Assembly: GCA_964016885.1 (NCBI GenBank)
Contig: OZ024744.1
Coordinates: 42,470,001-42,534,000, forward strand
Direction: 5' to 3'
Length of the DNA stretch: 64,000 nucleotides
Origin: Eledone cirrhosa
Taxonomy: Eukaryota
Below, one piece after another: positions 28,990 through 42,995 of this stretch. Position numbers and translations under genes: made by a program. Within the stretch, counting starts at the first letter, position 1, and the number at the start of each line of letters is the position of its first letter. Below the pieces are notes generated by a model. It had not been told where the DNA came from. It ran no database searches and saw nothing but the letters and a program-made list of their open reading frames with translations.

Positions 28990-30365
28990 AGAAAAACCTT
29001 GACCTGGTTACAACATTCTCAAAGGATATAGGAATGGAGTTTGGCCAAGATAAATGCTCATACATGACTGTAAAGTGGGGAAAAACAACAACCCAATCTA
29101 GCAACATTGTCATCAATGGCCAAACTGTTTCACCAATATCTGATGAGGACTGCTACATATACCTGGGGATAGATGAGAACATATCCTATAATGGTATCTG
29201 TAATAAGGAACGCGTAACCAGGGAATACTACACCCGATTAAGAAAGATATGGTCATCGGAACTCTCTGCACAAAACAAAACAGTGGCTCACAATGTGTTT
29301 GCTGTGCCTGTCCTAACACCAACGTTTGGAATACTCAATTGGATGATAGACGAAATCCGAGCAGTTGATGTTGGAACTCGAAAAATACTGAACAACACCG
29401 GAAACTTCCACATCAACAGTGACATAGACCGCCTTTACTTGAAACGTAAACAGAGGCAGAGGGCTAACATCAGTCCAGACAGCATTTGAATGTCACATCA
29501 AATCTCTCCAACAACATCTACGAACCTCGAAGCGTAGGAGCCCGTCTGTTGAGCAAGTCTATCTGCATGAGGCAGATAAGATCATGAGAGTTGGGAAGGA
29601 ACTCCTTGAAAGATATTCCCTGCATGATAATAAAAAAACTCACACCCAGGGAAGTCACTCAGCAGTACCGCAGTGAATCCATGGATGAAAATTTGCATGC
29701 TTATCAGCAAAAATTCATGCATGGATATGTTGCCAGGAAGCTCCAGAATGAGAGTAATATAGATAAGGAAAGTAGTCTATCTTGGACCAACAACCAGATA
29801 TAATGATATGGGACAGGGAAAAGAAGGCAGGCACAGTAGTGTAAGTTAGCTGTCCAGCAGATACCAATATAATAGCAAAGATTAGTGAAAAGGAGAATAT
29901 CTATGCAGAACTAATGAGAAATCTACAGATACTCTACCCTGATTATACCTTCAGATGTATACCTGTGATTATTGGGGCACTGGGGTATGTTAGTAACTGC
30001 CTCAATACAAATCTTGAGAAGCTAGGCTTCACAGGAACAGAAAGAACACAACTAGTTAGGAAATTACAAATACAATCCATTAATGGAACAGTAAAAATAT
30101 GTAAAACACACCAAAGATTTTGCATCTAATAACTGCTTATACACATGTACAGATAAAAAGCATATACACATGCACACATACAACTTAAAACATCCACATC
30201 CACACATACTAAAATATCCATACCTACACACACATGCATGCATTCAGATATGCATACATATCTAACCAGTTGATGTGTAAATTCCAATGAGAGAGTCTTG
30301 TAACTATGTTAGAAACTGACTCTCTCGCTATTGACAAAAATTTGTGAAATTATAAAACCAGAAGA
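28990..30365 (+). mobile_element. R4/Dong-clade LINE fragment (RT C-terminus to restriction-like endonuclease)
   Basis: FSKDIGMEFGQDKC, YIYLGI, DIDRLYLKR, IPVIIGALG. Confidence 0.85.
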
Positions 30366-30461
30366 ACATACATACACACACATATATATACACATACATA
30401 CAAACACACATCTATTCATTCATACATACACACATTTATACATACATATTTACATACATAC

Positions 30462-32585
30462 ATGATGGCCGCAAACTTGTGTTCGAGCATTGCTATCATC
30501 CAATAAAATGCTAAAAAATGTGAGGCATGAATGTGGTTCTTCAAACCAGCCAAAGACTTGCATCCTCTGGCACATACATGACAACTGTAGGCTCTTCTGT
30601 GACTTTCCATTGCTTCATTCTGGTTGTGTGTTCTTATGTGTCTTTTAAGACCTCCCATGCTTGCACATTCTTTGCCACATTCCCTACACTTTTTCAGATC
30701 ATGTTGTTTGTAATTTACATGAGATCTACTGATATGACTTTGTTCATGCCTTATCAGACCAGCTTTGCTCATACAGACTCGACCGCAGTGCTGGCAAACC
30801 AGATGCTGCTCCACAGCAGGCAGTTCAGAATAGTCCCTTTTCCTCACCTTCCTTTTCAGTGTTAGATGTTCCCTTCAACAAGTTTCAAAGTGTTCACTTC
30901 CTGACTTGATCAAACGTCTCCATTTCACATGATCATCAGCCATTTTCTCCCATTCATCAGATGAAATTCAGCACAAACCAAGGTGCCACTGACACAGTCC
31001 CGGTACCACATTTTTGGTTTGTGTGGTGGTCACCTTCCTTCACACAATTCACCAAAGAGAAGTTGCTTTAGAATACAATCATCTGACTACATGATCGCAC
31101 CACCTCAACCGGTGCTGAAAGATCTTGCTCTCTATAGTCACACACCTGCTCCGTTCAAGAACTTCCAAAGCACTGATGAACATTTTCCATCATATCCTAA
31201 GTGATTGTTGGTGACACCTCTCCAGTTACTTGAGGTGCTTCCTGTATGTGACCCACATTTCACAAGTATAAAGCAAACAGGAGACGACACAAGTCAGATA
31301 CACTTTCACCTTGGTTTCGATATGATACCTCATCGGGACCATAAATGTTCATTTAGCTGTCCAAAAGCATCACTGGCTTTCTTGATTCATAAGGATATTT
31401 CGTTATCAAGTGTGCATGAATTATTCAACATCCTCCTAAGGTAAACAAAATTGTCAGCAAGATTTAGCCTCTTTCCATACACGTACACACTTGGTATAGT
31501 GTATTCTTTCCCAGATGTTGACTGGTACATAACAACAGACTTGTCCAAGCTTACTGTGACACCAAAGCACTGCAAACTTCAGAAAAGGAATTCATATGTT
31601 GCATCGCAGTCATCTGTATACAAAATCTCTTGGATTATCGATGGTAATACCTTTGTGGTTGCACCAAAGCACCTGATGTTGAACAACCAGTGCAATTCCT
31701 GATATAAACTCCTTGCAAATAATTTTTGAACGCTATGAGAAATGCTAAAGTAAAATATAAGTAAAATATAAAGAAAATAAAGTTGGAGCCAGAATATCCC
31801 CCTGCTTTGCTCTATTTTCAACTGATATTGGTTCAGAGATGCTACCACCAATACTGACCCAAGCCTTCATGTCATCATGAAAAAGATGTAAAATTTTCAC
31901 AAACTTTGGAGGGCAGCAAAGCTTTTCCAAAATTTTCCGCAACACAGTTTGATTTACAGTGTCAAAAGCCTTTGTCAAGTCAACAAAGACCTGGTAAAGA
32001 TCCATACATTGTTTGATACACTTCTCTTGCAGCTGCCGAGCAGAAAAGATCATATCCACTGTTCCTCTTTCATTTCTGAACCCACACCGCGACTCAGGCA
32101 ACACATTCAGAGAAACCCCTGAGATCAATCCATCCATCAAAATTTGACACATGACTTTACCAACTACTGAAAGAAGTGATATGCCACGATAATTGCCACA
32201 TTTGTCCTTCCCACACTTTCCTATATAGAGAATCACCATGAGTGCATCCTTCCAATCACCTTTTTCATGAGGTCAGTCAGGCGCTGCATGAAGTTTTCAC
32301 CACTGCACTTCAAAACCTCTGCACCCAGACCATCCATACCAGGAGACTTACCACAGTTCAGCTTTTGCACAGCAGAAGTTACCTCTACAAGAGAAGGTAC
32401 ATGAGCCATCTCATGCTTCACTGGTTCAATAGTAATGGAGCAAATGAAATCATCATCAACCTGGGATGGCTGGTGTAAGAGCTCATCAAAGTTATCTCTC
32501 CATCTGTCGAGTATGTCTTTTGGATCGCGTAGTAACTGCTTGCCATCATTTGATCTCAAATGTGCCACTAGTGAGCTAAAAGGAC
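30462..32585 (-). mobile_element. RTE LINE, degenerate RT plus three C-terminal C2H2 zinc fingers
   Basis: NYRGISLL, FVDLTKAFDTV, QGDILAPTLF, YTDDC; CQHC..H..H, CREC..H..H and CHVC..H..H in 30500-30810. Confidence 0.9.
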
Positions 32586-33399
32586 ATACATACACATACA
32601 TATATACATACATACATACACACATTTATTCATTCATACATATGGACATACATGCATATTTACTTACATACCCACAAACATACATACATGTATACATACA
32701 TACATACATACATACCAACACACATTTATTCATTCATATATACACACATTTATACATACATATTCACATACATACATGCATACATATATTCAAACATATA
32801 CTGACACGAAAATAACTAAATAGATATTGACAGGCTGACAAGAAGATTATAGAATGTGAATAATGCTTATAGGCTGTAGTTTGATGTAAACGAAAAGTGG
32901 GCTTGCATAAATACATGTAGAGGCCATTGACCATTAAAATAATGTCTGTCAGTCTATATATACTTCCAACGACTGGCCAATAGCAGAAATACTAGCAACC
33001 GAAATGAATACTGAAGGTAACTCTCTTTTACGGTGGAGAAAAGCACTTGGAAATCATTTTCTATTAAGAATAAAGTTATATAGAAAGACCTTTTTCGGTT
33101 CCAACGATGAGTGTTCCAGTTGATTCAATCTATAGAACAGCCTGCTTGCAAAATTAACGTGAAAGTGGATGAGCATTCTACAGACACCAGACTTTAGCGG
33201 TTGTATTGCAAAGCCTTTCATGGTTATATTTTTGGAGAAAAATATAACCATGAAAGTTTTCCACGTTTTATTACTAAAAAGGCACATTTGGACTTGCTAA
33301 ATTTTATTTCAATGTCTGTAGAAAATTGGGGTAATGAGGTCCAATTGTCTTTTTATCTGGTTGATATTTGGCCCATACAGGTTATCAGCAAAGAAAAAA

Positions 33400-35165
33400 T
33401 ACTTCTGAACCCATTTCTATGACCACTAAATACTGTGAGCAGGTATGATAGTGGGTTTAATAAGAGGATGAAGAGCAGCACTGGCTATAACTCTGAGAGA
33501 TTCCCTTCTGGTAGTGTATGCTAGCAGACTCAGTTTGTTCCGTATCATCCCTATGGTGTAACGTAGTGTACCAAGTCTTGGTCAGGCTTTAATAGCTGCT
33601 ATTAGTGGTTCTGGGACTTTGGCTAACTGTAAAGCCCTGATTATCTCCCCATGTGGTATATTATCAAAAGCCTTCTGGTAGTCCAGCCACACTACAGTCA
33701 AATTTCTATGATTCTTCACTGTCTTTTTCATGAATCATTTTGCCAGGTGGTGCTATTAAGTTAGATACGGCCTAGGCCAGTACTGGCTAAAACTTATCAA
33801 AGTTATCAAAGTTAATTAGTAGCTGCTCTATACAGCTCCAGCCTTCTTTCATTCAGCTTGCTTGTGATTTTTTATGTTGTTGGTGGCACAATGGGCCAAA
33901 AATAACAGGTTGAGGCACCCACTATATAATTTATACATGATGTTTCGGCAGACTAATGGTGATTTTAACATGAGTGATCGAGCTAATTTGTTAGAATGAG
34001 GAGAGTAATGGCAGTAGATAGCCATTTGAATAATTCCTGATATTCTATGCATATAAACTTAGGAAATCTCACTGATAAAAGGTGAGATTCTTCAATCAGT
34101 ATCCTGTTATGAGATCTTGGAAGTTTCCAGTATCGCACAGTAAGTATGTATGTATTCGTTTGTATGTATATATATATATATGCATATATGTATGTTTCTC
34201 TTTATCTTAATTTCGAGTATTCTTTTGACCGGCCACCTTACTGGTGGCAAGGTTGTAAAAGAAAAAAAATTGTCACCCCTTTGAATCGCAACAATGTTTT
34301 GCAAATTTTTAAGGTGCCAGATATCATGGCCATTTGTGATCTTTGTCCACAAATCCAAGTTCAGTCATACTTTGGTCCAAGCAAGTTGGTATATAACCTG
34401 TAGCTCCAATAATGATGGGTATGAAGCTGAAGGTGTATCTTGGATACTGGATCTGCAAACTCCTTATCAATGGTCCGTAGATGTCCTCCTTCTCTTGTAT
34501 TTTTCTTACAACATTGACATCAAGTGGGCAGCTGATCTCTACAAGAGAACACGTTTTCAATGTGTGGTCCCAAACAACAATATCAGGCTGGTTGTGCTTT
34601 AATTTGGTGGCGGTTTTTATTTTCAGGTTCCACCAGTATTCCTTAATGCCATCTATCTCAACATATTCTTCCTCGTTGGTTGTTAATTTTGTTTTTCTCA
34701 GTGCACTCCAGATGGTTCTAGCTGTCACATCGTGCCTCATAGGGAGGTAGTAACGAGACGACATTCTTTCACAGTTGGCAACAATGTGGATTACATCCTC
34801 GATCTTTGTTTTACATAGCCTACATTTATTGTCAACTGATGGCCCTCCTCTTTTGTGTAGCAGATATTTGGTAGGGATTTCTTGTTCCTGTATTGCATAG
34901 AGATAACCTTCAAGGTGGGATGTCATAAACTTGTCAGAACTCCATGTCAGGCTGTTTGAATGATTTATCTCCCCTGTGGTCTGTGTTTTTCATCTCAGGT
35001 ACCCATGAACAACTTTCTCTGTAAACTGGTCCATTTTTTTAAATCTTGTTCGAGTATTGAATAGGATCTTCCAATGTTCCTGGGAGAGAGATTTATATCA
35101 GACCTTATTCAATATCTCTCCTCCAGATCAGTGGCTATCCTAATGATATTATTTTCCAGTTCTAT
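33400..35165 (-). mobile_element. R4/Dong-clade LINE fragments
   Basis: 34324-34926 has CRLC..HIVANC (CCHC), RHD, QPDIVVWD, EISCP; 33400-34110 has RT motifs WLDYQKAFD and NIMYKLY. Confidence 0.85.
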
Positions 35166-35185
35166 CCATTGGTCAACCACAAAAC

Positions 35186-35222
<37 letters not shown>

Positions 35223-36592
35223 CAGCAGCAGAAGCACCAGTTAACATCTATTTTCCATGCTTGCATGGGTTAGATAGGTTATCCCATTCTAAGGCTTGAC
35301 AGTGCAGATAATCATGTTTTACTGCTGCATTCCATTTTGGCATGATTTCTATGACTGGATACCTTTTCTATTGCCATCCATTTTACTGTGTGTGCTGGAT
35401 GCTTTTTATTATGGTACCAGTACTAACACTTTACAAAGTTGACTATGTGCATTTATTGTGACACCAATACTACCACTTTACAAAGCAGGCTGGGTGTATT
35501 TTATTGTGCTGGTGATATGGTAAATTCTAATAAGATTATATATTAAACCCCTGTATCTGAACGCCTTCAATCAAAGGTCTGCATGTACATTTTTTACTTA
35601 GAGTTAATCAAATGTCAATCATTTCAATGTTAAGGGTTTTTTAGTTTGTTTGTTTTTGTTATTTGTTTTTATTTTCTGCTTTTTGTTGTTGTTGTTTTTT
35701 TTTTTCTACTACAACATTAAATCTCCCATTTTCTATCTCATAGTTCTCTCAAAGACTGCTGAGATTTAATTTAAATCATTAAATAACTAACAAATAGGAT
35801 TAAAATCTGTTCCAAGCCCACAAACTCATCAGGCCTGAGCTAATCCCAGTTTCACTCACAGGCTTAACCCCCAGCAGCTGGCATTAATTTTTAGCTGAGT
35901 TGGCTGACGAAACACGAAATAAAATACTTTGTCCCGGAGAACAATATGGCACCCAGTCTGGGAACTGAACTGACAAGATTATAATATTGAATCCAATAGC
36001 CTAACCAATAGTCTACATCTCTACACTGACCTCTAAAACTTACTAACTAAAAATATGTACAGAATCTAACAATCAAAGCAGGATTGTGTAGATAAGAAGT
36101 TTGAATCATGGCTTAAGTTGTATCCAGTTTAATCTCATTGCACAAGACATTGGGTTGGCGTTTCCTGTTATAGCCTCCATTTACTTTGATCTAGCTGTTT
36201 ATTTATGTATACCCATTTATCATCATCATCATCATCGTTTAACGTCTATCTTCCACGCTAGCACTGGTTAGACAGGAAGATAGACATTTATATACCATAA
36301 TATATATGTATAAAGAATTACGCTTATAAAATATTGGAAAGAAGTAGATGGAGAAGTTAAAACAGCTCAAAATATGGTAATTTATTATAATAAACTGTAC
36401 ATAAGGCTAAGTATCATACTTCCTTAAAAAAAATTATATATATATAAAGTTCAGAAACACTGAAGATTCAAAGCATTATCAAACTACTCCCATTAATATT
36501 ATCATAACAACAATATTAATACAACTACTATTATATATATATATATTTCATTTTACGTCCGCTTTTTCCCTGCTTGCAAGGGTTATATATAT

Positions 36593-37135
36593 ATATATCA
36601 TAAAACATGTCTATAGAATCACCAGATAAAATATATACCATTTCCTCTCCCAATTAACATAATTAACCATATAAAAAATCGATTAGACCAAGCTATAAGA
36701 ATAAAGGCTTCTATGAAGAAATCTCCGACAAATAACCGAAAGCAGCCCATAGCGGCGGTTGCGACGGAGTATTTATCGAGTATTTCGACAGCGTGTATAA
36801 ATATGTTCAGTTTTCTCCTAGTTTATTTTACACCTAATTCTGTTTAGTTGACTGTATATCTGGTCGATTTATACACGCTGTCGAAATACTCGATAAATAC
36901 TCCGTCGCAACCGACGCGAAGGGCTGCTTTCGGTTATTTGTCGGAGATTTCTTCAGAGAAGCCTTTATTCTTATAGCTTGGTCTAATCGATTTTTTATAT
37001 GGTTAACTGTGCTAATTGGGAGAGGAAATGGTATATATTTTATCTGGTGATTCTATAGACATGTTTTATGATATATAGCTCTGATTATTTAATTTATTAA
37101 CTCTTCATTGAGCCACAAAATGACCCGTTGCAAAA
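36593..37135 (+). mobile_element. Fold-back non-coding module
   Basis: IR 36593-36802/36867-37077; ATTGAGCCA at 37107; (TA)n on both sides. Confidence 0.65.
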
Positions 37136-37160
37136 CACATATATATATATATGTAAACCT

Positions 37161-37201
<41 letters not shown>

Positions 37202-37202
37202 T

Positions 37203-37557
37203 AGCACGTGGCTTAGTGGTTAGAGCATTGGGCTTGCAATCGAAAGGTTGGGAGTTCAATTCTCGGACTGGGTGATGTGTTGTTTCCTTGAGCAAGACAC
37301 TTTATTTCATGTTAGGGGTCCCTATCATTCCACTACAAACTGGACGTGTAGGCACCATGGAAAAAAAGCACCCGGCACTCACTGTAAATGAGGTTGGTGT
37401 TAGGAAGGGCATCCAGCTGTAGAAATCAAGCCAGAATCAGTTCCCGTATGAGCAAGACAAGGTCAGCCGACCGGACACTGCCCACAACAAGACAATCCGT
37501 CTAACCCATGCTAGTGTGGAAGAATGGACGTAAAACAGTGATGATGATGATGATGAT
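37203..37557 (+). mobile_element. Full-length tRNA-derived SINE with CORE-like box and RTE-like tail
   Basis: A box TGGCTTAGTGG 37209-19, B box GAGTTCAATTC 37252-62, ccttgagcaagacactt; 3' end resembles 16100-16236; (gat)n tail. Confidence 0.85.
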
Positions 37558-37789
37558 ATATATATATATATATGTATTTATATATTTTAATCAAACATAC
37601 AGTATATTGCTAAATATATTGTATATACATCACTATTTCAGAGCACCAATCCTAATACCTAATTTTTGCTGGACCGGCAATTGCTCTGTTTAATCAGCTC
37701 CTAAATATTACTGGAATTCTATAAGAATCCAGCTTCTATAATTTTCGGCAAAGGAAGGGGAGTGTGTGGTTTTGATAAACACCAACAAG

Positions 37790-38925
37790 TGAGAAACAGG
37801 CTGTCAAACACCACACATCTCTGATCTTCACATTACAGAACATTGGCTAACCTCAGCTTCTCTGCATGCTAAGTATACCTGACGTCTAGCCTCTCTTTTA
37901 GTGGCTGAGTATCGGTCTCTACTCCCACCATTTTTCCAAGCCTTCCATGCTTGTCTTTTGTCTTTAATGACTCTATCTACCGTGCTGTTCCAACCCTCTG
38001 TCTGGTTGGAGCTTTGCTCGAGCCACAAGTCTCTTCGGTAGCCTGCAGTAATTTGTCACGTAAGAACTTCCAGTTATCATCTATGTCATACGATTCTCAC
38101 TCGTCTTCTTTCTCGTCATACACATCTTGAAGGGCTTTCCTAAATTTATATTTTAGTGAAAGGTCTTTTAGCTTCCAACCTTCCTTTTCCACACCTTCCT
38201 TTGTGTCTCATTCTGTCTCTTGCTTATTGAGATGTCACTAATGACTAACCTATGTTGGGGCGTAGTATTTGAAACCATCTGTCTGTCTCATTGCCTAACT
38301 AACAAGAAGTCAATCTGGCTTATGTGCTCGCCTGATTGGTAGGTTATTAGGTGGTTGGTAGGTTTCTTAAAGTTAGTGTTGCAAGTGGTTAGTTTACTTG
38401 CATCACAAAATTCACGGAGCCTCACTCTTTCTTCGTTTCTTGAGCCGTAACCATGACCACCATGTACCCTGGAGCTGTCCAACATGACCATTGAAGTCAC
38501 CTGCTAGTATAACTAGGTCTCTGTCTTCTGTCATTATGGTTGTCTCTAGAAGTTGCTCATAAAAACGGTCTTTCTCTTCTTTACCTAGGCCCGGCTGGGG
38601 AACATAGGTAGAGATAATAGTTAGCAGTCTATTGCCTACAAGTAATCTAATCTTAATTATTCTATTACTTACTCTTACTACCTCTATTGTCTTATTGATC
38701 CCCCTCTCGGCCAGTAAAATGCCTACCCCACCTAACCCATCAACACTTCCTACCCAGAAAAGCTTATAGCTAAGCTGTTTTCCTGCAATTAGTCTTGCTG
38801 AGGCACCTCTCCATCTCACCTCTTGCAAGCAGCACACATCCACATGTCTTCTCCCTACCATCTCCACTATCTCACAGATCTACCTGTCAGGGTGCCAACA
38901 TTAAGTGTGGCAACCCTGAGATGTG
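37790..38925 (-). pseudogene. RTE LINE APE endonuclease fragment
   Basis: ATLNVGTL, DVCCLQEVRW, GVGILL, GDFNGHVG, SQIDF. Confidence 0.88.
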
Positions 38926-41741
38926 ACATTTTTTTGTTAATTTTTCTTTTTCTGCAAAGAAAAATATTTATTTATAATCATATTGTTGCGCGATTGCTTG
39001 ATGACAGTCGGGGGTTCTCACACAACTATATATATATATAGTTGTAAATTATATATATAGTAGTAACTTTAAATTATATATATTGTAAATTATATATAGT
39101 TGTAAATTTAAATCGATTTGTTGACTTAGTCACAGAAGCCTACTTGAATTATCAATTTCACTTCTTATCATCATCATCATCATTTTACGTCCACTTTTCC
39201 CTCCTTGCAAGGGTGGGACGGGGGTGGGACGGGCCCTATTCAGCACAGCATCTCTCCACTCGTCATGGTCCTTCGTCATCTCCACCGTGAACTTCAGTGA
39301 TCTAAGGTCTGCTCTCACCACCTCTGCCAATGTTTTTCATGGTCTCCTCTACTACGTCTTCCTTCAACTGGTATTTCTTGGTATTTCTTTATATATATAC
39401 CATGATCTATTTCCTCCTTACTGTTTTGTTTTTTTGTTTTTTCTGTTTACTCCTTCTCTATCCCTTTCTCCCCTTTTGTCTTTCTTATTATTTATTTGTC
39501 TATCTATTTAAATCTTTAAGTAGTTATATAGTATACCCTGGGTATCTGAACATTTGATCATATATCTGTTTGTAGATGATTGCACTAGGGTTAATTGAAC
39601 AATGTCAATCATTTTTTAGCAAGGTACTTTAATTTGGCACATTGATAGGCTATTCATGCGTGATTTGGCTAAGTCAAGCCAATCATGAGCCGTACACGGA
39701 TATGTATTTTCAACTTCCGCCCAAACAACCATTTTTCTTTTGCCCCACAACCATTAACCAATATGTAACGACAACAATATAACCACGGACCATGCCTTCT
39801 TAAACATTAATTTGTTTCTTTCATTTGTTTTGGCATGCAGCTCAACCTTTGTAAATGAATTATGTAAAAACATTGTAAAGTCTTCTGATGCTATTTACCA
39901 CAGCCAACCTTTAAATGTGATATGGAAAGATTCCTTCCAGAGTTATTATCACAGCAGCAACAGAACCTGAGACTTACAGCCGAACCTCAATTCAACTTAC
40001 ATTTATTGATATAACAAAGCATACCTTTCCACCACAACAAACTATATATTGTTGTTGATATTATTACATGGTTTAATATTATTTAACCTGCTAGAAATGG
40101 TGACATATAACTATCATTATTAAAATTCTGTTAGAATTTCAATGTGTTAGAATTTTTGTTTTATGTTTCTTGATTGTTATTTGTTTTAATTTTTTCATGG
40201 AAATGATGCAAATTCGCGAGCATCTATTAGCCAACCATTTCAGATGAGATGTAACTGCAGTGAAGGCAACTTGTTCATTTCTCCTAATTCACAGTGACCA
40301 GTGCAGAAAAGAGAGGGTTCTGAATCCAGTGAGACAACCTCTGTATTATTGGTGACAATAAAAGGTTATGTCCCCTTTTCCATTTGTTTTATTGGCTTAA
40401 GACACTGCTTGGTTTTAAAACATCCCTGTTGTCTTTTTGGGGCTTTTATTCGTGTTTATTATGTTGCAAGCATTCATACCAAGCTCCCCAGATTTCTGCC
40501 AACTTAGTTTATCAGAGATTTGAAATGAAAAAGTTAAATTCCTAGTAGAGGCCTAATGCCTGGTAAAACAAGGATCTGGTCCCATTAGTTACTCATTGCC
40601 AGGCTGCCTAACCAGCTTGCATATTATTCAATATCCCCTTCTGTCCCAGTTCATGATTGGGCTGGATGGTACTGGTATGTACTGGACTGGTTCACCAGCA
40701 GGTGAGGCATATTTTGTGAGGTTTACCCAAGGCCAATTGCAGGGATGAAAATAGTGGTTAAAGACAACTCATAATTCATGATCTCTACTTCCCATTCTCA
40801 ATGTCCTGTACCACATTAGTAAGACATTCTTGAAAAGTATAAAACAGCACTAATATTAAATCCTATTAAAATTTAAAATCTTTACTCTGATACTGCAAAA
40901 TCTATATATAAATTTGAGCAACTTCCGTCCATCACACAATGTGTGTGTGTGTGTGTTTGTGTGAATGTATGTGTGTGTAAAAGGAAGGAAGAGGATGATT
41001 TAAAACTATAGAAAAACAGCAGCTGGTGTTCCATTTGCTACACTGTGTATAAGTGTATGCGCACGTGTGTGTTTGTGTAAATGTATGTGTATTTGTGTAA
41101 ATGTATGTCTGTGAGTGTGTATTTTTGTAAGTGTGTCTGTATGTGTGCATTTATATTTATATACTCATACATGCAACAGTGTGTTTAAAAAAATTCTAGT
41201 TTGATAAAAATCTCTCCATTAGTAAAGATCCTATAAACATTTGAATTAACAAAACCATTTTTAGCTATTTGCTGCTAAATCATTACAGCGTGTTAAGAGT
41301 TAAACCAAATAAACCAATAAAACCCAAAGTTAACAAGCAATAAATCCATAAATCGACTAAAAGATTCTCCCTCTGTTTCACTAGTTTTCATAGACTTTGG
41401 TCCAACCTTGACTGCTCCCATCACTTTCTACTAAAACCATATATCTTATTGATCTCTGAGATACAAATCTCTTATCCTGTATCTTTAATCTACTTCTGTT
41501 ATCCAGTTTATGCTTTATATTTTATATTCTAATTTTGCTCTGAAAGGTGATGGATGCAGACGCTCTTCCCACTAATCATTGCTCTCTCTCTCTCTCTCTC
41601 CCTCTCCCCCTCTCTCTCGCTCTCTCTCTCACCTGGATTTCAGCAGCAGTGTCTTCATGTCTTCTACTTATATTGCATTAAACTATTTTTACTCCACTCC
41701 TCTAAGTCAATTGCCTACATTCACTATAAACTACTTCACCA

Positions 41742-41798
<57 letters not shown>

Positions 41799-42714
41799 CT
41801 TTCCCTCCCTCTCTCTCCTCTACACACACATACACATTCACACACACACACTGAAGTTGATGTTATTATTGAGCTCAAGGTTAGTCCTAATAAAGCTGAT
41901 CTATGATCAAAGGTGTTTCAGCTGTGGAAATCATTCCATCTTTTCTGTATATCAATGACTACATTGTTTAATGAGTCAAACCTTCTTTATTTAAAACAGT
42001 AGATGTGATTTATGGGTGATTTTGCTATCATTTCTAGCAGATCTGAAGGCTCTTGTCTCTAAAGTTGTTGTCTTTATAGTTATTGTTCTTGTTGCTATTG
42101 TTTAGTCCCCAATTTGTCCCTGATTGATCAGACCTATGATCAAAAATATAACAGCAATAACCGTCCTGTCTATTTTTTTATTTTGCTCTAGGACATCTTT
42201 ATGACTACATTATCCAATTTTCTCATGAACATCCTTTTTAAGACAGCAAGGTATGATTTAAGGAAAATTTGTCAAATATTTTCAGTGGTCAAAAAAAACC
42301 CGTAGATTATATTTAGAATATATATTTCCATCAATCATATCCTGCAACTGCTGCAGCCAGTTGTTGAGGTACCACTCTAGACATTTGACTGTATGTCTAT
42401 CATGGCATTTCTGTGAGCCTGAAAGATGTTTTGTCAATACCCATCTCTACATGTGTCCATGCAGCTCACTAAGTTTAACCTGTGTATTAGGGTGTATATA
42501 TATACATTTACTAACTCCATTTAGTAACATTTGTCTTCTAGCTACAAATAGATACAAGACGTGTTGATATCTAACTTTTTAGAACAAATATATTATGGCT
42601 TCTTTGTTAATTAATTCAGTGAAATCATTGATAAGATTTACTCTCTTTGAGAAGCCAAACAATAAATTCAAGCCTTGTGCCTATGTTGTTGTTGGATCTT
42701 TGTCAGCTTTAATG

Positions 42715-42995
42715 GTGAGTGTTCCAGTAGTTTGAACAATGGAACAGCCTGCCTATGAAGTTAATGTGCAAATGGATGAGCATTCTACAGACACATGTAA
42801 TTCTCAGGGAGATTCGGCATGACACACTATGTCACAAGGCTGGAACTTTCAATTACATGTACAACTCATTTTTTCCAGCTGAGTGAACTGAAGCAACATG
42901 AAATACAATGTCATGCACAATAACATAATCCACTGCCAAGAATCAAACTTATGATATTAGAATCATAAACCAAACATTCTAACTACTAAGCCCCA
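42715..42995 (-). mobile_element. Degenerate tRNA-derived SINE
   Basis: On -, head ggcttagtagttaga...gtttgattc; body similar to 33100-33190 and 13184-13270. Confidence 0.55.

Noticed and set aside
30416-30847. Host C2H2 zinc-finger gene
   Set aside because: It is contiguous with RT sequence and a LINE 3' end, with no splice evidence.
36705-36965. Hammerhead from CTGAAGA...CGAAAG in the 36.6-kb hairpin
   Set aside because: No stem II or stem I pairing could be built.
37203-37275. tRNA gene
   Set aside because: The acceptor stem is poor and the sequence continues into a SINE body and tail.
39820-40370. Candidate host exons after polypyrimidine-AG sites (39840, 40294)
   Set aside because: In-frame stops, weak donors and no recognisable protein.
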